DNA of 64,000 nt, taken from Eledone cirrhosa. Its lineage: Eukaryota. The stretch is taken from positions 30,318,001 through 30,382,000 of the forward strand of contig OZ024762.1 of NCBI GenBank assembly GCA_964016885.1, given 5' to 3'. The position numbers and the translations under genes were made by a program. Of the stretch, positions 13,301 through 27,100 are shown in pieces (positions within the stretch are counted from its first letter, which is position 1; the number at the start of each line of letters is the position of its first letter). The notes beneath the pieces are model-generated. The model searched no databases, was not told where the DNA came from, and was given only the letters and a program-made list of their open reading frames with translations.

Positions 13301-15480
13301 GAGAATTCATTTAAGTCATGGTATTAGCTGTCAGAAGTAACTCCAATGTTGGTGAGAATTCATTTAAGTCATGGTACTAGCTGTCAGAAGTAACTCCAAT
13401 GTTGGTGAGAATTCATTTAAGTTCATGGTATTAGCTGTCAGAAGGAACTCCACTGTTGGTGAGAATTCATTTAAGTTCATGGTATTAGCTGTCAGAAGTA
13501 ACTCCACTGTTGGTGAGAATTCATTTAAGTTCATGGTACTAGCTGTCAGAAGTAACTCCACTGTTGGTGAGAATTCAGTTAAGTTCATGGTACTAGCTGT
13601 CAGAAGTAACTCCACTGTTGGTGAGAATTCAGTTAAGTTCATGGTATTAGCTGTAAGAAGGAACTCCACTGTTGGTGAGAATTCATTTAAGTTCATGGTA
13701 TTAGCTGTCAGAAGTAACTCCACTGTTGGTGAGAATTCATTTAAGTTCATGGTACTAGCTGTCAGAAGTAACTCCACTGTTGGTGAGAATTCATTTAAGT
13801 TCATGGTACTAGCTGTCAGAAGTAACTCCACTGTTGGTGAGAATTCAGTTAAGTTCATGGTATTAGTTGTCAGAAGTAACTCAAATGTTGGTGAGAATTC
13901 ATTTAAATCATGGTATTAGTTGTCAGAAGTAACTCCAACGTTGGTGAGAATTCATTTAAGTTCATGGTACTAGCTGTCAGAAGTAACTCCACTGTTGGTG
14001 AAAATTCATTTAAGTTCATGGTATTAGCTGTCAGAAGTAACTCCACTGTTGGTGAGAATTCATTTAAGTCATGGTATTAGCTGTCAGAAGTAACTCCATT
14101 GTTGGTGAGAATTCATTTAAGTCATGGTACTAGCTGTCAGAAGTAACTCCACTGTTGGTGAGAATTCATTTAAGTTCATGGTATTAGCTGTCAGAAGGAA
14201 CTCCACTGTTGGTGAGAATTCATTTAAGTTCATGGTACTAGCTGTCAGAAGTAACTCCACTGTTGGTGAGAATTCATTTAAGTTCATGGTACTAGCTGTC
14301 AGAAGGAACTCCAATGTTGGTGAGAATTCATTTAAGTTCATGGTATTAGCTGTCAGAAATAACTCCAATGTTGGTGAGAATTCATTTAAGTCATGGTACT
14401 AGCTGTCAGAAGTAACTCCACTGTTGGTGAGAATTCATTTAAGTTCATGGTATTAGCTGTCAGAAGGAACTCCACTGTTGGTGAGAATTCATTTAAGTTC
14501 ATGGTACTAGCTGTCAGAAGTAACTCCACTGTTGGTGAGAATTCATTTAAGTTCATGGTACTAGCTGTCAGAAGTAACTCCAATGTTGGTGAGAATTCAT
14601 TTAAGTTCATGGTATTAGCTGTCAGAAGTAACTCCACTGTTGGTGAGAATTCATTTAAGTTCATGGTACTAGCTGTCAGAAGTAACTCTACTGTTGGTGA
14701 GAATTCATTTAAGTTCATGGTACTAGCTGTCAGAAGGAACTCCACTGTTGGTGAGAATTCATTTAAGTTCATGGTATTAGCTGTCAGAAATAACTCCAAT
14801 GTTGGTGAGAATTCATTTAAGTCATGGTACTAGCTGTCAGAAGTAACTCCACTGTTGGTGAGAATTCATTTAAGTTCATGGTATTAGCTGTCAGAAGGAA
14901 CTCCACTGTTGGTGAGAATTCATTTAAGTTCATGGTATTAGCTGTCAGAAGTAACTCCACTGTTGGTGAGAATTCATATAAGTTCATGGTACTAGCTGTC
15001 AGAAGTAACTCCACTGTTGGTGAGAATTCATTTAAGTTCATGGTATTAGCTGTCAGAAGTAACTCCACTGTTGGTGAGAATTCATTTAAGTCATGGTATT
15101 AGCTATCAGAAGTAACTCCATTGTTGGTGAGAATTCATTTAAGTCATGGTACTAGCTGTCAGAAGTAACTCCACTGTTGGTGAGAATTCATTTAAGTTCA
15201 TGGTACTAGCTGTCAGAAGTAACTCCACTGTTGGTGAGAATTCATTTAAGTTCATGGTACTAGCTGTCAGAAGTAACTCCACTGTTGGTGAGAATTCATT
15301 TAAGTTCATGGTACTAGCTGTCAGAAGTAACTCCACTGTTGGTGAGAATTCATTTAAGTTCATGGTACTAGCTGTCAGAAGTAACTCCAATGTTGGTGAG
15401 AATTCATTTAAGTTCATGGTATTAGCTGTCAGAAGTAACTCCACTGTTGGTGAGAATTCATTTAAGTTCATGGTACTAGC
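10050..15480. repeat. Tandem higher-order duplication, period 2796 bp (52 monomers, 12 deletions)
   Basis: Rare variant TCTACT at 11891 and 14687; TCATATAAG in both copies. ORF pairs 10568/13364, 11328/14124, 11597/14393, 12028/14824 and 12350/15146 all differ by 2796. Confidence 0.9.
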
Positions 15481-18400
15481 TGTCAGAAGTAACTCCACTG
15501 TTGGTGAGAATTCATTTAAGTTCATGGTATTAGCTGTCAGAAGTAACTCCACTGTTGGTGAGAATTCATTTAAGTTCATGGTACTAGCTGTCAGAAGTAA
15601 CCCCAATGTTGGTGACAATTCATTTAAGTTCATGGTATTAGCTGTCAGAAGTCACTCCAATGTTGGTGAGAATTCATTTAAGTTCATGGTATTAGCTGTC
15701 AGAAGTCACTGCACTGTTGGTGAGAATTCATTTAAGTTCATGGTACTAGCTGGCAGAAGTAACCACAATGTTGGTGAGAATTCATTTAAGTTCATGGTAT
15801 TAGCTGTCAGAAGTCACTCCAATGTTGGTGAGAATTCATTTAAGTTCATGGTATTAGCTGTCAGAAGTAACTCCACTGTTGGTGAGAATTCATTTAAGTT
15901 CATGGTATTAGCTGTCAGAAGTAACTCCACTGTTGGTGAGAATTCATTTAAGTTCATGGTATTAGCTGTCAGAAGTAACTCCACTGTTGGTGAGAATTCA
16001 TTTAAGTTCATGGTATTAGCTGTCAGAAGTAACTCCACTGTTGGTGAGAATTCATTTAAGTTCATGGTATTAGCTGTCAGAAAGAACTCCAATGTTGGTG
16101 AGAATTCATTTAAGTTCATGGTATTAGCTGTCAGAAGGAACGCCACTGTTGGTGAGAATTCATTTAAGTCATGGTATTAGCTGTCAGAAGTAACTCCATT
16201 GTTGGTGAGAATTCATTTAAGTCATGGTACTAGCTGTCAGAAGTAACTCCACTGTTGGTGAGAATTCATTTAAGTTCATGGTATTAGCTGTCAGAAGGAA
16301 CTCCACTGTTGGTGAGAATTCATTTAAGTTCATGGTATTAGCTGTCAGAAGTAACTCCACTGTTGGTGAGAATTCATTTAAGTTCATGGTACTAGCTGTC
16401 AGAAGTAACTCAACTGTTGGTGAGAATTCATTTAAGTTCATGGTACTAGCTGTCAGAAGGAACTCCACTGTTGGTGAGAATTCATTTAATTTCATGGTAT
16501 TAGCTGTCAGAAGTAACTCCAATGTTGGTGAGAATTCATTTAAGTCATGGTACTAGCTGTCAGAAGTAACTCCACTGTTGGTGAGAATTCATTTAAGTTC
16601 ATGGTATTAGCTGTCAGAAGGAACTCCACTGTTGGTGAGAATTCATTTAAGTTCATGGTATTAGCTGTCAGAAGTAACTCCACTGTTGGTGAGAATTCAT
16701 TTAAGTTCATGGTACTAGCTGTCAGAAGTAACTCCACTGTTGGTGAGAATTCATTTAAGTTCATGGTATTAGCTGTCAGAAGTAACTCCACTGTTGGTGA
16801 GAATTCATTTAAGTTCATGGTACTAGCTGTCAGAAGTAACCCCAATGTTGGTGACAATTCATTTAAGTTCATGGTATTAGCTGTCAGAAGGAACTCCACT
16901 GTTGGTGAGAATTCATTTAAGTTCATGGTATTAGCTGTCAGAAGTGTCTCCACTGTTGGTGAGAATTCATTTAAGTTCATGGTACTAGCTGTCAGAAGTA
17001 ACTCCAATGTTTGTGAGAATTCATGTAAGTTCATGGTATTAGCTGTCAGAAGGAACTCCACTGTTGGTGAGAATTCATTTAAGTTCATGGTATTAGCTGT
17101 CAGAAGTAACTCCACTGTTGGTGAGAATTCATTTAAGTTCATGGTACTAGCTGTCAGAAGTAACTCCACTGTTGGTGAGAATTCATTTAAGTTCATGGTA
17201 CTAGCTGTCAGAAGGAACTCCACTGTTGGTGAGAATTCATTTAAGTTCTTGGTATTAGCTGTCAGAAATAACTCCAATGTTGGTGAGAATTCATTTAAGT
17301 CATGGTACTAGCTGTCAGAAGTAACTCCACTGTTGGTGAGAATTCATTTAAGTTCATGGTATTAGCTGTCAGAAGTGTCTCCACTGTTGGTGAGAATTCA
17401 TTTAAGTTCATGGTACTAGCTGTCAGAAGTAACTCCAATGTTTGTGAGAATTCATGTAAGTTCATGGTATTAGCTGTCAGAAGGAACTCCACTGTTGGTG
17501 AGAATTCATTTAAGTTCATGGTATTAGCTGTCAGAAGTAACTCCACTGTTGGTGAGAATTCATATAAGTTCATGGTACTAGCTGACAGAAGTAACTCCAC
17601 TGTTGGTGAGAATTCATTTAAGTCATGGTATTAGCTATCAGAAGTAACTCCATTGTTGGTGAGAATTCATTTAAGTCATGGTACTAGCTGTCAGAAGTAA
17701 CTCCACTGTTGGTGAGAATTCATTTAAGTTCATGGTACTAGCTGTCAGAAGTAACTCCACTGTTGGTGAGAATTCATTTAAGTTCATGGTACTAGCTGTC
17801 AGAAGTAACTCCACTGTTGGTGAGAATTCATTTAAGTTCATGGTACTAGCTGTCAGAAGTAACTCCACTGTTGGTGAGAATTCATTTAAGTTCATGGTAC
17901 TAGCTGTCAGAAGTAACTCCAATGTTGGTGAGAATTCATTTAAGTTCATGGTATTAGCTGTCAGAAGTAACTCCACTGTTGGTGAGAATTCATTTAAGTT
18001 CATGGTACTAGCTGTCAGAAGTAACTCCACTGTTGGTGAGAATTCATTTAAGTTCATGGTATTAGCTGTCAGAAGTAACTCCACTGTTGGTGAGAATTCA
18101 TTTAAGTTCATGGTACTAGCTGTCAGAAGGAACCCCAATGTTGGTGACAATTCATTTAAGTTCATGGTATTAGCTGTCAGAAGTCACTCCAATGTTGGTG
18201 AGAATTCATTTAAGTTCATGGTATTAGCTGTCAGAAGTCACTGCACTGTTGGTGAGAATTCATTTAAGTTCATGGTACTAGCTGTCAGAAGTAACCCCAA
18301 TGTTGGTGAGAATTCATTTAAGTTCATGGTATTAGCTGTCAGAAGTCACTCCAATGTTGGTGAGAATTCATTTAAGTTCATGGTATTAGCTGTCAGAAGT

Positions 18401-21400
18401 AACTCCACTGTTGGTGAGAATTCATTTAAGTTCATGGTATTAGCTGTCAGAAGTAACTCCACTGTTGGTGAGAATTCAGTTAAGTTCATGGTACTAGCTG
18501 TCAGAAGTAACTCCACTGTTGGTGAGAATTCAGTTAAGTTCATGGTATTAGCTGTCAGAAGGAACTCCACTGTTGGTGAGAATTCATTTAAGTTCATGGT
18601 ATTAGCTGTCAGAAGTAACTCCACTGTTGGTGAGAATTCATTTAAGTTCATGGTACTAGCTGTCAGAAGTAACTCCACTGTTGGTGAGAATTCATTTAAG
18701 TTCATGGTACTAGCTGTCAGAAGTAACTCCACTGTTGGTGAGAATTCAGTTAAGTTCATGGTATTAGTTGTCAGAAGTAACTCAAATGTTGGTGAGAATT
18801 CATTTAAATCATGGTATTAGTTGTCAGAAGTAACTCCAACGTTGGTGAGAATTCATTTAAGTTCATGGTACTAGCTGTCAGAAGTAACTCCACTGTTGGT
18901 GAAAATTCATTTAAGTTCATGGTATTAGCTGTCAGAAGTAACTCCACTGTTGGTGAGAATTCATTTAAGTCATGGTATTAGCTGTCAGAAGTAACTCCAT
19001 TGTTGGTGAGAATTCATTTAAGTCATGGTACTAGCTGTCAGAAGTAACTCCACTGTTGGTGAGAATTCATTTAAGTTCATGGTATTAGCTGTCAGAAGGA
19101 ACTCCACTGTTGGTGAGAATTCATTTAAGTTCATGGTACTAGCTGTCAGAAGTAACTCCACTGTTGGTGAGAATTCATTTAAGTTCATGGTACTAGCTGT
19201 CAGAAGGAACTCCACTGTTGGTGAGAATTCATTTAAGTTCATGGTATTAGCTGTCAGAAATAACTCCAATGTTGGTGAGAATTCATTTAAGTCATGGTAC
19301 TAGCTGTCAGAAGTAACTCCACTGTTGGTGAGAATTCATTTAAGTTCATGGTATTAGCTGTCAGAAGGAACTCCACTGTTGGTGAGAATTCATTTAAGTT
19401 CATGGTACTAGCTGTCAGAAGTAACTCCACTGTTGGTGAGAATTCATTTAAGTTCATGGTACTAGCTGTCAGAAGTAACTCCAATGTTGGTGAGAATTCA
19501 TTTAAGTTCATGGTATTAGCTGTCAGAAGTAACTCCACTGTTGGTGAGAATTCATTTAAGTTCATGGTACTAGCTGTCAGAAGTAACTCTACTGTTGGTG
19601 AGAATTCATTTAAGTTCATGGTACTAGCTGTCAGAAGGAACTCCACTGTTGGTGAGAATTCATTTAAGTTCATGGTATTAGCTGTCAGAAATAACTCCAA
19701 TGTTGGTGAGAATTCATTTAAGTCATGGTACTAGCTGTCAGAAGTAACTCCACTGTTGGTGAGAATTCATTTAAGTTCATGGTATTAGCTGTCAGAAGGA
19801 ACTCCACTGTTGGTGAGAATTCATTTAAGTTCATGGTATTAGCTGTCAGAAGTAACTCCACTGTTGGTGAGAATTCATATAAGTTCATGGTACTAGCTGT
19901 CAGAAGTAACTCCACTGTTGGTGAGAATTCATTGAAGTTCATGGTATTAGCTGTCAGAAGTAACTCCACTGTTGGTGAGAATTCATTTAAGTCATGGTAT
20001 TAGCTATCAGAAGTAACTCCATTGTTGGTGAGAATTCATTTAAGTCATGGTACTAGCTGTCAGAAGTAACTCCACTGTTGGTGAGAATTCATTTAAGTTC
20101 ATGGTACTAGCTGTCAGAAGTAACTCCACTGTTGGTGAGAATTCATTTAAGTTCATGGTACTAGCTGTCAGAAGTAACTCCACTGTTGGTGAGAATTCAT
20201 TTAAGTTCATGGTACTAGCTGTCAGAAGTAACTCCACTGTTGGTGAGAATTCATTTAAGTTCATGGTACTAGCTGTCAGAAGTAACTCCAATGTTGGTGA
20301 GAATTCATTTAAGTTCATGGTATTAGCTGTCAGAAGTAACTCCACTGTTGGTGAGAATTCATTTAAGTTCATGGTACTAGCTGTCAGAAGTAACTCCACT
20401 GTTGGTGAGAATTCATTTAAGTTCATGGTATTAGCTGTCAGAAGTAACTCCACTGTTGGTGAGAATTCATTTAAGTTCATGGTACTAGCTGTCAGAAGTA
20501 ACCCCAATGTTGGTGACAATTCATTTAAGTTCATGGTATTAGCTGTCAGAAGTCACTCCAATGTTGGTGAGAATTCATTTAAGTTCATGGTATTAGCTGT
20601 CAGAAGTCACTGCACTGTTGGTGAGAATTCATTTAAGTTCATGGTACTAGCTGGCAGAAGTAACCACAATGTTGGTGAGAATTCATTTAAGTTCATGGTA
20701 TTAGCTGTCAGAAGTCACTCCAATGTTGGTGAGAATTCATTTAAGTTCATGGTATTAGCTGTCAGAAGTAACTCCACTGTTGGTGAGAATTCATTTAAGT
20801 TCATGGTATTAGCTGTCAGAAGTAACTCCACTGTTGGTGAGAATTCATTTAAGTTCATGGTATTAGCTGTCAGAAGTAACTCCACTGTTGGTGAGAATTC
20901 ATTTAAGTTCATGGTATTAGCTGTCAGAAGTAACTCCACTGTTGGTGAGAATTCATTTAAGTTCATGGTATTAGCTGTCAGAAAGAACTCCAATGTTGGT
21001 GAGAATTCATTTAAGTTCATGGTATTAGCTGTCAGAAGGAACGCCACTGTTGGTGAGAATTCATTTAAGTCATGGTATTAGCTGTCAGAAGTAACTCCAT
21101 TGTTGGTGAGAATTCATTTAAGTCATGGTACTAGCTGTCAGAAGTAACTCCACTGTTGGTGAGAATTCATTTAAGTTCATGGTATTAGCTGTCAGAAGGA
21201 ACTCCACTGTTGGTGAGAATTCATTTAAGTTCATGGTATTAGCTGTCAGAAGTAACTCCACTGTTGGTGAGAATTCATTTAAGTTCATGGTACTAGCTGT
21301 CAGAAGTAACTCCACTGTTGGTGAGAATTCATTTAAGTTCATGGTACTAGCTGTCAGAAGGAACTCCACTGTTGGTGAGAATTCATTTAATTTCATGGTA

Positions 21401-23360
21401 TTAGCTGTCAGAAGTAACTCCAATGTTGGTGAGAATTCATTTACGTCATGGTACTAGCTGTCAGAAGTAACTCCACTGTTGGTGAGAATTCATTTAAGTT
21501 CATGGTATTAGCTGTCAGAAGGAACTCCACTGTTGGTGAGAATTCATTTAAGTTCATGGTATTAGCTGTCAGAAGTAACTCCACTGTTGGTGAGAATTCA
21601 TTTAAGTTCATGGTACTAGCTGTCAGAAGTAACTCCACTGTTGGTGAGAATTCATTTAAGTTCATGGTATTAGCTGTCAGAAGTAACTCCACTGTTGGTG
21701 AGAATTCATTTAAGTTCATGGTACTAGCTGTCAGAAGTAACCCCAATGTTGGTGACAATTCATTTAAGTTCATGGTATTAGCTGTCAGAAGGAACTCCAC
21801 TGTTGGTGAGAATTCATTTAAGTTCATGGTATTAGCTGTCAGAAGTGTCTCCACTGTTGGTGAGAATTCATTTAAGTTCATGGTACTAGCTGTCAGAAGT
21901 AACTCCAATGTTTGTGAGAATTCATGTAAGTTCATGGTATTAGCTGTCAGAAGGAACTCCACTGTTGGTGAGAATTCATTTAAGTTCATGGTATTAGCTG
22001 TCAGAAGTAACTCCACTGTTGGTGAGAATTCATTTAAGTTCATGGTACTAGCTGTCAGAAGTAACTCCACTGTTGGTGAGAATTCATTTAAGTTCATGGT
22101 ACTAGCTGTCAGAAGGAACTCCACTGTTGGTGAGAATTCATTTAAGTTCTTGGTATTAGCTGTCAGAAATAACTCCAATGTTGGTGAGAATTCATTTAAG
22201 TCATGGTACTAGCTGTCAGAAGTAACTCCACTGTTGGTGAGAATTCATTTAAGTTCATGGTATTAGCTGTCAGAAGTGTCTCCACTGTTGGTGAGAATTC
22301 ATTTAAGTTCATGGTACTAGCTGTCAGAAGTAACTCCAATGTTTGTGAGATTTCATGTAAGTTCATGGTATTAGCTGTCAGAAGGAACTCCACTGTTGGT
22401 GAGAATTCATTTAAGTTCATGGTATTAGCTGTCAGAAGTAACTCCACTGTTGGTGAGAATTCATATAAGTTCATGGTACTAGCTGACAGAAGTAACTCCA
22501 CTGTTGGTGAGAATTCATTTAAGTCATGGTATTAGCTATCAGAAGTAACTCCATTGTTGGTGAGAATTCATTTAAGTCATGGTACTAGCTGTCAGAAGTA
22601 ACTCCACTGTTGGTGAGAATTCATTTAAGTTCATGGTACTAGCTGTCAGAAGTAACTCCACTGTTGGTGAGAATTCATTTAAGTTCATGGTACTAGCTGT
22701 CAGAAGTAACTCCACTGTTGGTGAGAATTCATTTAAGTTCATGGTACTAGCTGTCAGAAGTAACTCCACTGTTGGTGAGAATTCATTTAAGTTCATGGTA
22801 CTAGCTGTCAGAAGTAACTCCAATGTTGGTGAGAATTCATTTAAGTTCATGGTATTAGCTGTCAGAAGTAACTCCACTGTTGGTGAGAATTCATTTAAGT
22901 TCATGGTACTAGCTGTCAGAAGTAACTCCACTGTTGGTGAGAATTCATTTAAGTTCATGGTATTAGCTGTCAGAAGTAACTCCACTGTTGGTGAGAATTC
23001 ATTTAAGTTCATGGTACTAGCTGTCAGAAGGAACCCCAATGTTGGTGACAATTCATTTAAGTTCATGGTATTAGCTGTCAGAAGTCACTCCAATGTTGGT
23101 GAGAATTCATTTAAGTTCATGGTATTAGCTGTCAGAAGTCACTGCACTGTTGGTGAGAATTCATTTAAGTTCATGGTACTAGCTGTCAGAAGTAACCCCA
23201 ATGTTGGTGAGAATTCATTTAAGTTCATGGTATTAGCTGTCAGAAGTCACTCCAATGTTGGTGAGAATTCATTTAAGTTCATGGTATTAGCTGTCAGAAG
23301 TAACTCCACTGTTGGTGAGAATTCATTTAAGTTCATGGTATTAGCTGTCAGAAGTAACTC
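13480..23360. repeat. Tandem higher-order duplication, period 4901 bp (91 monomers, 13 deletions); largest in window
   Basis: ORF pairs 14124/19025, 14393/19294, 14824/19725, 15146/20047, 16224/21125, 16547/21448, 17302/22203 and 17678/22579 all differ by 4901. Shared rare variants: TCTACT (14687/19588), GCTGGCAGA..AACCACAAT, AGAAAGAAC, GTTCTTGG, GCTGACAGA, TTTGTGAG..CATGTAAG. Confidence 0.93.
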
Positions 23361-24189
23361 CACTGTTGGTGAGAATTCATTTAAGTTCATGGTATTAGCT
23401 GTCAGAAGTAACTCCACTGTTGGTGAGAATTCATTTAAGTTCATGGTATTAGCTGTCAGAAGTAACTCCACTGTTGGTGAGAATTCATTTAAGTTCATGG
23501 TATTAGCTGTCAGAAGGAACTCCAATGTTGGTGAGAATTCATTTAAGTTCATGGTATTAGCTGTCAGAAGGAACGCCACTGTTGGTGAGAATTCATTTAA
23601 GTCATGGTATTAGCTGTCAGAAGTAACTCCATTGTTGGTGAGAATTCATTTAAGTCATGGTACTAGCTGTCAGAAGTAACTCCACTGTTGGTGAGAATTC
23701 ATTTAAGTTCATGGTATTAGCTGTCAGAAGGAACTCCACTGTTGGTGAGAATTTATTTAAGTTCATGGTATTAGCTGTCAGAAGTAACTCCACTGTTGGT
23801 GAGAATTCATTTAAGTTCATGGTACTAGCTGTCAGAAGTAACTCCACTGTTGGTGAGAATTCATTTAAGTTCATGGTACTAGCTGTCAGAAGGAACTCCA
23901 CTGTTGGTGAGAATTCATTTAATTTCATGGTATTAGCTGTCAGAAGTAACTCCAATGTTGGTGAGAATTCATTTAAGTCATGGTACTAGCTGTCAGAAGT
24001 AACTCCACTGTTGGTGAGAATTCATTTAAGTTCATGGTATTAGCTGTCAGAAGGAACTCCACTGTTGGTGAGAATTCATTTAAGTTCATGGTATTAGCTG
24101 TCAGAAGTAACTCCACTGTTGGTGAGAATTCATTTAAGTGCATGGTACTAGCTGTCAGAAGTAACTCCACTGTTGGTGAGAATTCATTT

Positions 24190-27100
24190 AAGTTCATGGT
24201 ATTAGCTGTCAGAAGTAACTCCACTGTTGGTGAGAATTCATTTAAGTTCATGGTACTAGCTGTCAGAAGTAACCCCAATGTTGGTGACAATTCATTTAAG
24301 TTCATGGTATTAGCTGTCAGAAGTCACTCCAATGTTGGTGAGAATTCATTTAAGTTCATGGTATTAGCTGTCAGAAGTCACTGCACTGTTGGTGAGAATT
24401 CATTTAAGTTCATGGTACTAGCTGTCAGAAGTAACCCCAATGTTGGTGAGAATTCATTTAAGTTCATGGTATTAGCTGTCAGTAAGTCACTCCAATGTTG
24501 GTGAGAATTCATTTAAGTTCATGGTATTAGCTGTCAGAAGTAACTCCACTGTTGGTGAGAATTCATTTAAGTTCATGGTATTAGCTGTCAGAAGTAACTC
24601 CACTGTTGGTGAGAATTCATTTAAGTTCATGGTATTAGCTGTCAGAAGTAACTCCACTGTTGGTGAGAATTCATTTAAGTTCATGGTATTAGCTGTCAGA
24701 AGTAACTCCACTGTTGGTGAGAATTCATTTAAGTTCATGGTATTAGCTGTCAGAAGGAACTCCAATGTTGGTGAGAATTCATTTAAGTTCATGGTATTAG
24801 CTGTCAGGAGGAACGCCACTGTTGGTGAGAATTCATTTAAGTCATGGTATTAGCTGTCAGAAGTAACTCCATTATTGGTGAGAATTCATTTAAGTCATGG
24901 TACTAGCTGTCAGAAGTAACTCCACTGTTGGTGAGAATTCATTTAAGTTCATGGTATTAGCTGTCAGAAGTAACTCCACTGTTGGTGAGAATTCATTTAA
25001 GTTCATGGTATTAGCTGTCAGAAGGAACTCCACTGTTGGTGAGAATTCATTTAAGTTCATGGTATTAGCTGTCAGAATTAACTCCACTGTTGGTGAGAAT
25101 TCATTTAAGTTCATGGTACTAGCTGTCAGAAGGAACTCCACTGTTGGTGAGAATTCATTTAATTTCATGGTATTAGCTGTCAGAAGTAACTCCAATGTTG
25201 GTGAGAATTCATTTAAGTCATGGTACTAGCTGTCAGAAGTAACTCCACTGTTGGTGAGAATTCATTTACGTTCATGGTATTAGCTGTCAGAAGGAACTCC
25301 ACTGTTGGTGAGAATTCATTTAAGTTCATGGTATTAGCTGTCAGAAGTAACTCCACTGTTGGTGAGAATTCATTTAAGTTCATGGTACTAGCTGTCAGAA
25401 GTAACTCCAATGTTGGTGAGAATTCATTTAAGTTCATGGTATTAGCTGTCAGAAGTAACTCCACTGTTGGTGAGAATTCATTTAAGTTCATGGTATTAGC
25501 TGTCAGAAGTAACTCCACTGTTGGTGAGAATTCATTTAAGTTCACGGTACTAGCTGTCAGAAGTAACTCCACTGTTGGTGAGAATTCATTTAAGTTCATG
25601 GTATTAGCTGTCACAAGTAACTCCACTGTTGGTGAGAATTCATTTAAGTCATGGTATTAGCTGTCAGAAGTAACTCCATTGTTGGTGAGAATTCATTTAA
25701 GTCATGGTACTAGCTGTCAGAAGTAACTCCACTGTTGGTGAGAATTCATTTAAGTTCATGGTACTAGCTGTCAGAAGTAACTCCACTGTTGGTGAGAATT
25801 CATTTAAGTTCATGGTACTAGCTGTCAGAAGTAACTCCACTGTTGGTGAGAATTCATTTAAGTTCATGGTACTAGCTGTCAGAAGTAACTCCACTGTTGG
25901 TGAGAATTCATTTAAGTTCATGGTACTAGCTGTCAGAAGTATCTCCACTGTTGGTGAGAATTCATTTAAGTTCATGGTACTAGCTGTCAGAAGTAACTCC
26001 ACTGTTGTTGAGAATTCATTTAAGTTCATGGTACTAGCTGTCAGAAGTAACTCCACTGTTGGTGAGAATTCATTTAAGTTCATGGTACTAGCTGTTAGAA
26101 GTAACTCCAATGTTGGTGAGAATTCATTTAAGTTCATGGTATTAGCTGTCAGAAGTAACTCCACTGTTGGTGAGAATTCATTTAAGTTCATGGTATTAGC
26201 TGTCAGAAGGAACTCCACTGTTGGTGAGAATTCATTTAAGTTCATGGTATTAGCTGTCAGAAGTAACTCCACTGTTGGTGAGAATTCATTTAAGTTCATG
26301 GTACTAGCTGTCAGAAGTAACTCCACTGTTGGTGAGAATTCATTTAAGTTCATGGTATTAGCTGTCAGAAGTAACTCCACTGTTGGTGAGAATTCATTTA
26401 AGTTCATGGTACTAGCTGTCAGAAGTAACCCCAATGTTGGTGACAATTCATTTAAGTTCATGGTATTAGCTGTCAGAAGTCACTGCACTGTTGGTGAGAA
26501 TTCATTTAAGTTCATGGTACTAGGTGTCAGAAGTAACCCCAATGTTGGTGAGAATTCATTTAAGTTCATGGTATTAGCTGTCAGAAGTCACTCCAATGTT
26601 GGTGAGAATTCATTTAAGTTCATGGTATTAGCTGTCAGAAGTAACTCCACTGTTGGTGAGAATTCATTTAAGTTCATGGTATTAGCTGTCAGAAGTAACT
26701 CCACTGTTGGTGAGAATTCATTTAAGTTCATGGTACTAGCTGTCAGAAGTAACCCCAATGTTGGTGACAATTCATTTAAGTTCATGGTATTAGCTGTCAG
26801 AAGTCACTCCAATGTTGGTGAGAATTCATTTAAGTTCATGGTATTAGCTGTCAGAAGTCACTGCACTGTTGGTGAGAATTCATTTAAGTTCATGGTACTA
26901 GCTGTCAGAAGTAACCCCAATGTTGGTGAGAATTCATTTAAGTTCATGGTATTAGCTGTCAGTAAGTCACTCCAATGTTGGTGAGAATTCATTTAAGTTC
27001 ATGGTATTAGCTGTCAGAAGTAACTCCACTGTTGGTGAGAATTCATTTAAGTTCATGGTATTAGCTGTCAGAAGTAACTCCACTGTTGGTGAGAATTCAT

